Shown: positions 1 to 11,454 of the stretch, one piece after another
How the letters are laid out: each line of letters starts with the position of its first letter
Position numbering within the stretch: the first letter of the stretch is position 1
Assembly: GCF_964355755.1 (NCBI RefSeq)
Contig: NC_092671.1
Span: forward strand, 13,516,001 to 13,580,000
Length of the DNA: 64,000 bases
Origin: Antedon mediterranea
Taxonomy: Eukaryota; Animalia; Echinodermata
Direction of reading: 5' to 3'
Position numbers and translations under genes: made by a program
The notes under the pieces: model-generated
Told to the model about the DNA's origin: nothing
The model's input: only the letters and a program-made list of their open reading frames with translations
Databases searched by the model: none

Positions 1-719
1 AAAACATTATCGCAATAGTTAAATAAACGGCATTTTTATTTTTTTGATATTTACAACCATGAAAATGATCGTTATCACCATTTTTAGAATGTTGAAAAAA
101 TAGAAAAATTCAAATCTATCAAAATGATCTTTACAGTAGGTGTTTTAAGAAACTTGCCTTCTAGCCAAACTGTCAAGCTCTGTTATTACATTGTATAATG
201 TATTGATAATCTTCTGTCATGTTTTATATTATTATTAATAAATGTGGGTTTGCCTGAAAGATATTTCTCAACTAACATAACTTGATGAGATGCAATAACA
301 AAGGGTTAGCAAAACATGTTCATTTTCAATTGTTTGTAAATCTAATTATTAAATTTATAGTGATATTGGTAACTACAATAAAAATTCTCTTAACGAGACA
401 AGAATGCTAATTAACAGTTAATGAGAAGTGCCATAATGTAATTGCAAAATATTACTATTTAAAGTCCTATTTTGCCTATTTGCACAAGTATGGCAGTTTC
501 TTTATTAAATGATAATTATTAAAGCATGGCTTGGGTGTGGTTTTGTGGGTAGATGTCTACTGTGAGGTACACAAGGTCAGGAAGTCAAAACTGAGCCAGT
601 TCCTGATATAAGATAGTAGTGAAACATTTTTAGGTATATTGTACTTAAATTAAATCCTTGTCTTTTTCTTTGAAATGTAAGCTTTACAAAGATGTTTTTT
701 CTTCTCTTTTTATTTCAAG

Positions 720-900
720 GATGGAACCCGAATGTTGATGTACCATTTGGAATTCGTTTAGTATATACTTTACAAGCAAGCTTCTATATGCATTCGGTTT
801 TTGCAACCTTATACATGGATACTTGGCGCAAGGATAGCTATATGATGTTAATACATCATTTTCTCACGCTATCACTTATTGGATTCTCATATTTGTCTCG
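720..900 (+). CDS. CERS1: Ceramide synthase 1, internal exon (first in window; upstream exons lie outside the window)
   Basis: Encodes GWNPNVDVPFGIRLVYTLQASFYMHSVFATLYMDTWRKDSYMMLIHHFLTLSLIGFSYLSR, matching the CerS1 Lag1p motif (YATLYMDTWRKDS..M..HH). Acceptor ttcaag|G at 718-719, donor CG|gtaatt at 901. Confidence 0.96.
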
Positions 901-1832
901 GTAATTTTTTAATAATCTTAACAAGCACCATCATAATAATAGTAATTGATAGAAATTATCTTGACTATATCTACAGTAGGCCTACATTAAAATAATATAG
1001 TACCACAAACCATACATTATCTGTTACACCAGAATCAACTCGTCATAATCAGTATCATAATCATTGTAATCTGTCATCATTCTAATAAAAAATCATCATC
1101 ATGGTACTGTATAAAAATGCCAATGTCACCATACATCTATTATTCATGAATTGTTATAAATGCTCAATTAAAAATAGAATTTTAAAAATAATTGATAACA
1201 TTCTTCAACTGTAAGTGCAGAAGTTTCATCAGAAAATGTAATATCGTCATTTTTCTACCACAAAATCTATCGAAATATCAACCACGCTATGTACTAATAC
1301 TGTACACAGCAACCAATTTATCTATTGTTATAAATTGTACTACTGTACTTTTCAATAAACATTGACTATATACAGTTCAGTACTTAAATAAACAGTACAA
1401 CAATGACAGTTCTATGAAGAATTATGGTGAGCACATTTATTTAATGGGTTATTTTGAGAGTGCAATAAATGCAATAATGTTTAGGTACCAGATGTTTGAT
1501 TCAGGCGATTCACATTTGTTTAAACATTTAAAGTATGTCACAAAATTAAGCTGTATTTTTTTAATTCTTAAATTTCTGGTAATTTGTATAGTAGTTCAGT
1601 AATTTAAAATTGTAATTACAGAAGAGATTATACTGCATGCAATGGTTATCTTTGTTAAACCGATCTGAGATACTAACTGTACTATTAATATAACAACTGT
1701 CACATGATATGTTGCTGATAAAAGTGGTGCAGTGGCTTAGTAGTATTCCTAATGCCTATAAAAAAATAAAGTTTTAGTTCAATTCTTGTATAAATTAATA
1801 TATAATTTTTCTGGGTTTTTTTTTTTGTATAG

Positions 1833-1994
1833 GTACCACAATGTAGGACTACTGGTGTTTTTCTTACACGACATCACTGATGTATTTCTGGAAAACTCTA
1901 AACTTTTGATTTACTTCAAAATACGACGTGGGAAGAAATATCCCATTAATGATCAGTTAGCTAACATCGGTTTTGCTGGATTCAGTGTTTCATG
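1833..1994 (+). CDS. CERS1: Ceramide synthase 1 exon
   Basis: YHNVGLLVFFLHDITDVFLENSKLLIYFKIRRGKKYPINDQLANIGFAGFSVSW; conserved LHD..D motif; tatag|G acceptor, TG|gtaaaa donor; phases compatible with neighbouring exons. Confidence 0.96.
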
Positions 1995-3372
1995 GTAAAA
2001 TTTATTTCGGTTTCTTGTTTATTTTTATTGTTATTTACATTCCCTAATATAAATAGTCTGATCATTCAATCTCCCTGTTCTGTTCTTCCCAATATAATCA
2101 AATTACAGTAAGCCAGCTTGCTTTAAGATTCAACAAAATTACCGGAAGTCAAAGTTTCTTAATAAACCTAATCTGCAATCAGATAATATAATAATTTCTT
2201 CAGGAATTGTCTATTTCCTTTGTTTCCTTTAATTATGCTATTTCCTGTTTTATTTTGAACTGCTCATAAACACAAACTGCATATTGATACAGTCTGACTG
2301 TCTTTTAATTACCTCTCCTCGACGCTTCGTTTAAAGGTTTGCATGACGAATACACACTATACAATTTGCGGTACAACATGTGTGTTCCAAATAGGAAGTA
2401 AGGTTGATAATGTCTCTGTTTCGGTTGTTATGGTACAATACAACAGTCTTCAAAACACAAGTTCATCATATTTTTTTTATTCAAATATTTTCTGTTTGTC
2501 ATTTTATATTAATTTAAAAATAGAACCCATGCAGGGGACACAAGGAGAAATATATTCTGCGAGTACTGCCTCCAAACAATCGAAAAAATCCATTTAATTT
2601 AAATTAATTATGATCCATGCAACAATGCATTCCTTGCACAATGTTAAAGTAGTTTATACTATGATGAACCCATACATCCACAATGTTGACGTATAGTAAC
2701 CACTGTTTGTTTCAAGTTTCTGTTTGCAGACCTAGAAAAACCCATGTGATTTGTGTTTTTTGAACAGATTAAATCATATCTGATCAGTTTATCAAATTAG
2801 GTGTTAAAGGCTAAATCAGAACGAGTGCTGACACCATGTTCTGCGCGTGATATATTTTTTTCTTCATAAGGCCAAAGTCAACATTGTTATCAGAAACTAT
2901 ATAGCTCCCAGTACAAATATTTCCATTTTTTTGCACTTATATCATTGGCACATTGTTAATAAAATTGTAAGATTTATAAATATCCAAATTTAGTATAAGA
3001 ATTCCACGATTTTACCAAATCGTTTTTTGTTTCAACAACCGAAACTGAAATATCAACTTGATTATAATGATGTAGACACCCATAAACCATCATGTCCATC
3101 ACTTCTTTCTTTTATAATACTTTGTACACCTGAGTGAAGAAATACAAACATAATGCATAATAGTGAGGAAAAAATTTAACTTTTTTGAACTTCATTCAAG
3201 AAACTGGGGCAGTTTCCAAGTGCACCATTATTGTTATCAATAACTTGTTTTATTGTTAGTTGATGGGATTTCAATCTTTTAAATTATCACTATGAAAATA
3301 TTGGTATGTTTAGTAGCACTGTTGATTTGTCTGGGGTTCAAATCTGGACAGTGTTGTTTTTGTAATGCTTAC

Positions 3373-3512
3373 TTAAAGACCCATTCCCTACAATTTGTGA
3401 CGTTTTGTAGAAATAATGCATATTACTTTAAAAACATTTAAACCAGGTCATTCCTTGTCTTAATTGTACGTTTTATGGTACGTTTTATGGTAAATAATGA
3501 TAAAAGAGAGAA
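3373..3512 (+). mobile_element. Truncated left end of the Kolobok-like element family also at 53565-54185
   Basis: ttaaagacccattccctacaatttgtgacgttttgtagaaataatgca...gtacgttttatggtaaataatgataaaa aligns by eye with 53561-53690. Confidence 0.75.
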
Positions 3513-5072
3513 AGGAATTTTGCATTTTGTACTATTTATTTTTCATTAAGCCCACAATCCTAGTCGTATTCTATATTGTCAGCCAAGTTGTTTGTACACC
3601 AGATTTTAGCACCTTGGAGTTGATAGTGTCTAATCACTCCGTATCCATTCAGAGATCATGTGATTGTGTTCCCCTACCACTGGTACAGTACACTCTGTTG
3701 TTCGCTATCAATCATCAACATAGGGTCACCAAATAATTACATTGAGATTATGATAAAGCGAAAGGTCAATAGTATACAGGTCTCCAATTCTAAATCTAAC
3801 CAAGTAATAGCCTCCAACTAGTGACCACATGATTTGTTTGGCGCTACAAATGTTTCTGGTTGCAAAATTCCTGTTAGAAATTAGGAAACATATTGTTAGC
3901 CAAAATTGTGAAAACAAAAGTGTCCTGCTATATTAACCCATAACAACAAAGGTCAGGTGTTTAAAATACAATTGTGAGAACCAGTCAAGTTCAGGAAAAT
4001 TTGAATACAATGATACATTGTTTGTTATAGTAGCAATTGCACGGACAGTGTCCTTGACAAAGTTATCCCCCCGTTTTGAAGGTTCAACAAACTAGTATTA
4101 ATAAGATAATAGATTATATAAGTTATGCAATTCCAACTAAAGTGAACGCATGATTTCATCTTTTTTATCCATATTTATCAAATTCTTTCACATTAATTAA
4201 TTATAATTTCACTGTATAAAAGACAGAATAACAAATATTTTCCATTTCCAGCCATCTTTAGGTTATATTCAACTGTAACTATGTTGAATCTATATGCTAG
4301 CCTATTCTACAATACCCATTCTTAAACGTTCTTCATTCTCTCATAACCCTTTCCACTTATTTCTGGATCCTTTACAATACTACATCAGATTCTGAAATTA
4401 ATTGACTGTGGTGTAGCTAGGTAATATGTTCAAACCCCTTTTTAATAGTAGCTCCAAGCTTATATAACATTGTCAAAGGTCAAAAGATAAGTACATACTA
4501 TATTATAGTAATATTGTTGTTTTAATATTGATTATGTATTGACACAGATAATTGTATAATTAAGCAGCAAAGTATTCTTTTGTTCATTGCCCCGATAAAA
4601 AAAACCATGCATGAGTAATATACTAATATTATATTCATTGCACAATGACCTAAGTCCCATTGTATTCGAAGACAGGTAAAATAGCATGTCAAATTGATAT
4701 ACTGAAGAAAAGTATATATTTAGAATCTACTGTCTATATGCAATTATTAGATCAGTTCACGTTTGGTTATTTATCTAAGGAGGCCAATTGGGTTGTTTGT
4801 CCCTTGGAATGTTACAGTTACAACTTTCATATATCAGGTGAAAAGGATTTCACAATTTAAAAGTTTATTTTAAATTAAAAGATTGATGTTCTGAAGGTGC
4901 CCTTTCAAACAAATGTCCAGCAGTGTTAGTGTTAGTAAATAGACCTAGTAGCTCTGTATTTTACATCTCCCTTGTATGACAAATCTTTTGGCCAATCCTA
5001 CCAGTAGGCAATAAAATTTCCTTTACAATATTTATAAGCAGTCTTTATTGGTCCCGAAGTCCATATGCTTAA

Positions 5073-5204
5073 GGCCAATTTACACAGTCAAGCAGTAAGT
5101 GGAAAACAATAATTTAGAATCAGTGTTATTTACACAAAATGCGGAACGGAAGGGTGGTTGAGCGGAAACCTGTTACCGTTACTGCTCGTCTGTGTAAATT
5201 TGCA
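5073..5204. mobile_element. Degenerate palindromic MITE (Harbinger/Tourist-like)
   Basis: Left ggccaatttacacagtcaagcagtaa vs right ttactgctcgtctgtgtaaatttgc form imperfect terminal inverted repeats. Confidence 0.6.
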
Positions 5205-5661
5205 ATTTCCCCTATTTAGTGAAAATAATCCACTGTAAATCCTAGCTATAGGTTTTGGGATATAAATAGGCCGTAATGAATAAGGTATGAGCCATTGAAA
5301 TCATTCCAATTTTCTCTGTACACTGTTCCTATTCTTAGTTAGCAAATTGCTGTCCCCTTTTTCACTTTCCATACCATTGTCTGCATATAGTTTTTTTTTG
5401 TCTTCCATACCAATTGTGTCAGCATTCTTTAGAATGTATGACTAATAGTAATACTTTGCGCAGGTGTACAGTTTATTGCTACTAAAAAATGATCTAGTAT
5501 CATTCATTCAATCTTTTATTTCGGAATCTCTCGTCCATAGAAAGTAAAATTACATATAAATTAATTAAAAATAAACAAGACTATACTAATTACTACTACT
5601 CATCTCAAAATAGCATTCCACCTAGAGAGCATTTATTTGACTTTGATATAAAGACGTTCCC

Positions 5662-5783
5662 TAAGTTAAGTTAGTTAAGTTAAGTTAGTTAAGTTAAGTT
5701 AGTTAAGTTAAGTTAGTTAAGTTAGTTAGTTAGTTAAGTTAAGTTAGTTAAGTTAGTTAGTTAGTTAAGTTAAGTTAGTTAAG
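5662..5783. repeat. Compound microsatellite (TAAGT/TAGT)n in a CERS1 intron
   Basis: taagttaagttagttaagttaagttagtt... over ~120 bp. Confidence 0.95.
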
Positions 5784-5869
5784 ACTAAAACATTTTCACT
5801 TGAATTGAGTCTGCATCAGGCCATATATCGGAATTACTTTTTCACAAGATATTTGTTTGTTTTCTTTAG

Positions 5870-6023
5870 GTTTGTGTGTAGACTGTACTGGTTCCCACTG
5901 AAGGCAATATGGTCCGCAGCTAACGTCAGTGAGGGGCCTGCTGATAATATTCATATGCCATTTGTACTTCTTCTCAACTGTATGCTCTGGGTACTACTCG
6001 CTATGAATATATGGTGGTTTACG
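5870..6023 (+). CDS. CERS1: Ceramide synthase 1 exon
   Basis: FVCRLYWFPLKAIWSAANVSEGPADNIHMPFVLLLNCMLWVLLAMNIWWFT (RLYWFPLK and MN.YWF-type motifs of CerS1); tttag|G acceptor, ACG|gtaaat donor. Confidence 0.96.
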
Positions 6024-6761
6024 GTAAATACATACACACTATTGTAAAATCAATTAGACAAAAATACAACCTTTCAATATGGAAAATCAATCAAAACATT
6101 TTTTTCTTTCTCATGAAGATAACAATAAAATGAAGTCACTTTGACAAAATTGGAAATACTTAACAGTTGTATATATTATCAGAAATAAAAATGAAGGCAT
6201 GGTAATACAGTACTAAACATTACCATACAGTATTGTCTGGCTGACCCATCTGATAGTATACACAAAATAAAAAACAATTTCATCTTTCACAAAATGAAAT
6301 TATTTGTACCATTTCCCAAACATTCACATTTGTTTTATGAGACACCTATTCTTTATGGAAGGCTAGGTGAAGGACTAGACCATTTGAAACGGCATTGCTC
6401 CAGTTTTGATGGAGTAAAAAACAGACAGCGCACACTACAAGTTGATGGAACATTAGCAAAAAAACAGCTTGACCTCTTGTTGCGAGGAGTGTGGTTGTTC
6501 AAACGAAAATCAACACGTACATAACAACACTGCACTCTTAGTGTGTTACATAACAGAGTGCTATATAATATTTATTTGATATCATGTGACCCACAATCAT
6601 CCAATGACAAGAATCTAAAAGATAAAAGTTTAAATGATTCATGTTTTAAGTTTTTGGAAATATAACCATGTCGGTACCATATAATATATATATCTGAAAT
6701 TATTTAGTTATAGTAATTTTTATAATTATTCAAATCACCATTGCTTGCTTCTTTTTTATAG

Positions 6762-6904
6762 TTTATCTTATCGATGCTGTACAAAGTGTTAACAGGACAG
6801 ACAACTGAGATAGATGACATCAGAGAAGAAGATATCGTACCATCGGAAAAGAAATTGACTGAAATGCTGCATGTTGGAAATGGCAAGCAGAATGGTGTTC
6901 ACAG
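6762..6904 (+). CDS. CERS1: Ceramide synthase 1 exon
   Basis: FILSMLYKVLTGQTTEIDDIREEDIVPSEKKLTEMLHVGNGKQNGVH (KVLTGQ...D.RE motif of CerS1); tttatag acceptor, CAG|gttaga donor. Not in the ORF track. Confidence 0.93.
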
Positions 6905-7450
6905 GTTAGATATATACAATACATAAATAGATTGACATGTGACTATTGATTATAGGTGCATCATGGTTGTGAACAAGATTACATGCTATATTGCTATGGT
7001 GTTTGTATGTCTGGTGGTCAGTGTTAGAGAGAGCAATATAGCATATAATGGTAAAGGAAATTGACAAGCATGCAAAGTTGTTGGTCCTGTGTACATACTA
7101 CAATGTACATGTGTCACAATAAAGAACTTTATACACTATTTGAAAACAGTAAGAGATCGTCTCCTGGTGTACCAATAGTGGTAGATGTTGTACTGTATGG
7201 ATACTCCAGAGGGCCTAATCAGAGGGCCTAATCTGAGCCAAAACGGATCCAGAATTGTGACGTACAAACTAATATAAGAACTAAGTAAAATTTAACTATT
7301 TCAAGTTTAGAAAGAAATAAATGTTAGTTTGAAATTGATTTGAAAAATACCTCTCCAAAAAAACCAGCTTCTGTCTGTTTCAAATGAAATAAAAAAGGGA
7401 AAATGTTATTCTATGGATTTAAATACATCGTTTTAATTTTAATTTTTCAG

Positions 7451-7550
7451 TAAAAGCAATGGAAAGATGGCGGTGCACACAAATGGAACATTGACACATA
7501 GACCAACAGCTGGAGGAGAAGCAAAAGAAGTAACAGCCATGTCAGACTGA
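7451..7550 (+). CDS. CERS1: Ceramide synthase 1 terminal coding exon
   Basis: ttttcag acceptor, in phase: (S)KSNGKMAVHTNGTLTHRPTAGGEAKEVTAMSD then TGA at 7548-7550. Confidence 0.85.
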
Positions 7551-10500
7551 TTTAAAGTGTAATTAGAATTCGATACTTAAAAATCATAGTAATCGTCCAC
7601 CTGTAAAACGTACATCAATATAGACAATCTACAGCTTGCAGGTATCGCAAATAGCTATAGTTCCTTACTTGAGATAAATCAAAAATATTGTATCTGTAAT
7701 ATTTAAGTTGAAATAAGTAATTATCACATCACAAAAACATATTAGATAAGAGCAAGTGGGATTCTTTAGTTCCTTAAAATATCATTTAATGATGTAGAGA
7801 CCATGTTATTATATGAAAATTGGATTCTACAAAACTGAAAATGTTTTTAAACTTGTGACCAATTTTAGAGATAAAAGTCCGATGAAAGAATAGAAAAATA
7901 CATCTCTTGATTTACGCACAGTGCTATCTATCGCCAGCAGTATTGACAATAATTGGGAATTTATTTTCATCCATAGAACAATTAAGACACTCATAATTAC
8001 AACATGTACCTAAACCTACAAGCTACTTGCCCTAGTGTAACAAGAAGTACGGTATCTTTAAAAGCTTGCACTGTGCAGTATGTCGGCTACATATTGAAGG
8101 CACTCTAAGATTTGTAATCTAAAAATAAACCACTCAGGTACAGGCATGAATTTTAAATATAATATTTGGTTAATTGTACATAAATCAAATATTTGAAACA
8201 GAAATCAAATACAAAATTTGGCAAAATTCTTCCATAAAAACCATGATAATGATAACCATGATTTTTTTCAGTAGTTAGGTAGTTAACCTAATGTAATAAC
8301 ATGTCTGGTGACTCCCTAGACGGTGAAAAAAGATGGTGGATATACAGTGGATAATTTTTGCTATAGCATGAAAATAAAAATCTGAAGTTGAATAAAAATA
8401 TCAGAAATGTAATATTTAAGTTATATTACCTATATTTAGTCATCTGATAACATTTTTTACCATGCCGTTTATTTTTCATAGCTTTTTAAAACGCCTCTCT
8501 ATTTACAAAATTTGTGTACAAAAGAATAGAGATTTTACTGTGTAATTTGAACTATCCCCCCCACTGATTAGAAAGTGCTTATTTTCAACAAGCTCGTGTA
8601 ACCCAAATAAAATCCCAAAAATTATGAAACATAGGGGAAACTATAGATCGATAATTATTGGAATGTATGATCAATAGAAATTTTTTGCCCGCACCTGGCC
8701 TTTAAGGTAAATGAAACATGCAGCACTGTCACTCTTTAAATGTTACTCAATAATATCTGATCTAATAATTACAACATATTAGTTTATTGATTTTATTCAT
8801 AAATGCAAGACATCTGATTTAATATTAAAATCTCAGTGCATTGACCAATGGAATCTTTTTTGAAACCATCTTCTTTTACATATGCAATTAATTTTGTTGT
8901 TTTTTCTCTTTCAATATTTTTAAAGAGTATACAGCAACAGTGCATCACTAGGGCAACAGACATGTCTGATTCCACTTTCTAAATTGCTTTTTATCAGATA
9001 TCACCCTTTGTTACTTTATTTTATAAATAATTGATTGCTTTTGTCAAGTAATGTCTGGCATATCAGACATTTGTAAATAAAGGTGTTTACCTTTATGTGT
9101 TGTACAGATTATTTCTAGTATTGATTTTTAAAACATTGTGTAATGTTACTGACAATTTTGGTTTGTTTAAAGGAGGTGATTCAAAGTATTCGTAATGATT
9201 TTAAACAAATGAACCTGATGGTTTTGAGACCAAAATTTTATAATTATTAGTTGTGTTGCATTCTGAATGAACATTTGATCAATTTATTCTGACCGAACAT
9301 GTTAATACTTAGTTTAGTGTTTTGTCTTGCATAGCTTTTTTCAAATAGCTCTGTAATAATTTAATTCTGTATATATCGTCCAATTATTCATTCATAGATT
9401 AAGAAATGTTGATATTTTTTTAACATAATTTACTGTGATTTTATTGAAAAGATACGAATTGCTACTAATGATGCTAGCGCCCTCTATTGATTTAGCTGGA
9501 GTTATGCGGATGATACAAATTAGCTAAATTTATCTGATTGATCATTGATCCAGTATTAAAAACAGGAACCATATACCACAAGTGGCATTGTGTAAACTGC
9601 ACACTAGTTCTTGTTTTTGTGCAACTATAATTATCTTTGTAATAATTAATTAATACATTTTTACATAATACAATGATTTGATATCAAAATTGAAGCAACA
9701 TTCAACAAATAAGACATTCATCTGTCTTTTGTTTCATGTACGGTAATTTTAGTTTTGCTAAATATTGATGGTTCATGAATTGCCTACAATTTATATCGGA
9801 TTTCTTTATTTTGTCCTGATATTAATTCACAATAAATTTTCAGCACATTATAAAACATGCATTATTATGAATGGTCACAATTGATTATAATTATATAATT
9901 AGCTATTTTTCACAACTTTTTCTCTCTAGTTTTTATGTATAACAAACTGGTTCACGATAAGATAAGACAATCTTTTTTTCGCAGTTGATTTTAAGTATAT
10001 AAGTAATTCATTATCTCTTATAGTGCATACTGTTTAACAATAGTGAAGAATGATATTTCATAATGGTCGGTGTTGTGAGGAAACTTTGTAGGCTGAAAGA
10101 TACTCTGGGTTGATTTTGCATACAAGAAAGTAATTTATGCATTTAATATTCTGTTTAAACACTTTTTTATCAAGAATAATAATCTCTTTTCAATTTAATG
10201 CTTTATTAAGGTGACCATTCTCTTTATAAAAGATATAACAAGGAAAATTAAATAACTGTTTGAACATTCTGCAATATATTATTTATTTTTTTAAATGGTA
10301 GTAGAATTAATGAATAATTTGAACTATTCTCATAGATTTTTATTAAATCCATTTTTATTGTAATATAAAATCTCTATGCATGATATATGTTATGTTATCA
10401 GTATTACATAGTTTGCATGTATTCGCTTTTTGATATTTGTTAATTATATTTTAATGTGTTAGTAAGAAGAAATCTAAATGCTAGGCTTTTTTAATTTACT

Positions 10501-10924
10501 GTTTTTATTTCTTCGGTGATCTCTTGCCATCTTTAGTTTGCAATGATTAAGTTGTAATTGCTTTATCAATTGAATACAATGTTTAAATAATCAATTTTTC
10601 CTTGTAATATCAATGACCAAATAAAAATGCTGAATTTTTATTTTTATTTACTATGTTTAGATGACAATATTTCTTGGTTTGTATTGTAATTTGAATCTAA
10701 AATAATAAGATTCAATGTATATATATATATGTTAATGAATGTTTATTTTCCTTGATGATTTTCTATCAAAATAGAGAACACTGTACTGTACTTCATAAAG
10801 TAAAATCAAATATTGCAGTATAATGACGGGCATGGGGGTTAGAAGCTTGCCATAACATCATAATACAGTTAGGACACCCTTAGGACCCCCTAAAGGTACA
10901 ATTTCCTGAGAAACGAAAGAGGGA

Positions 10925-11030
10925 CAAATTTGTTAAGACTATGGCCAACCTCTATTTAGGGGACACTCCTATTTATGGAACACTTTGTTTAGTAATAATT
11001 GTGTCACCTTAATAAGGGATGTTCTGTGGT
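10925..11030. mobile_element. Decayed Tc1/pogo(Tigger)-type MITE fragment
   Basis: aacctctatttaggggacac...gtgtcaccttaataaggg motifs; related sequence at 40367-40500. Confidence 0.4.
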
Positions 11031-11381
11031 AGTATTCTGCAATTTGTAGTAATTGGTTAAATAAAGCATTCATTCTTGTTAAAAGATTGCATGATTTTTT
11101 ACTGTATCAATTGAAACAAAGATTGATTAAATTTAATTAGTTTGATGAGTTAATGAATAAGATGCTTGTGCAAAATGTAGTGATTTCTACTGTATCCATG
11201 GTGATAAACACCAGCAATGAGGATATTGTAGAAATAATTAAATGATGAGTCTATTATTATCTAATTAGATATGTCTATGATATTTGGTGATTTACTGTTT
11301 TTTTTTACTCCATGGATGGAATAGAATTATTTGCAATATTAAAACTAATTAGTTATGCATTTGTGAACTGGCTGTGAGCAA

Positions 11382-11391
11382 AATAAATAAA
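11382..11391 (+). terminator. Candidate distal poly(A) signal of CERS1
   Basis: Overlapping AATAAATAAA followed by GT/T-rich sequence, at the end of a T-rich 3'UTR-like tract (7551-11400). Other AATAAA hexamers occur upstream. Confidence 0.4.
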
Positions 11392-11454
11392 TGTTGTATG
11401 ATATTTCAGTTATTGTCTAATTTTCTCCATGAACATACAATATTTTTGTAGAAA

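Noticed and set aside
10331-10378. catagattttta...taaaatctctatg hairpin as another P-like scar
   Set aside because: No 7-8-bp flanking duplication; AT-rich arms could be chance.
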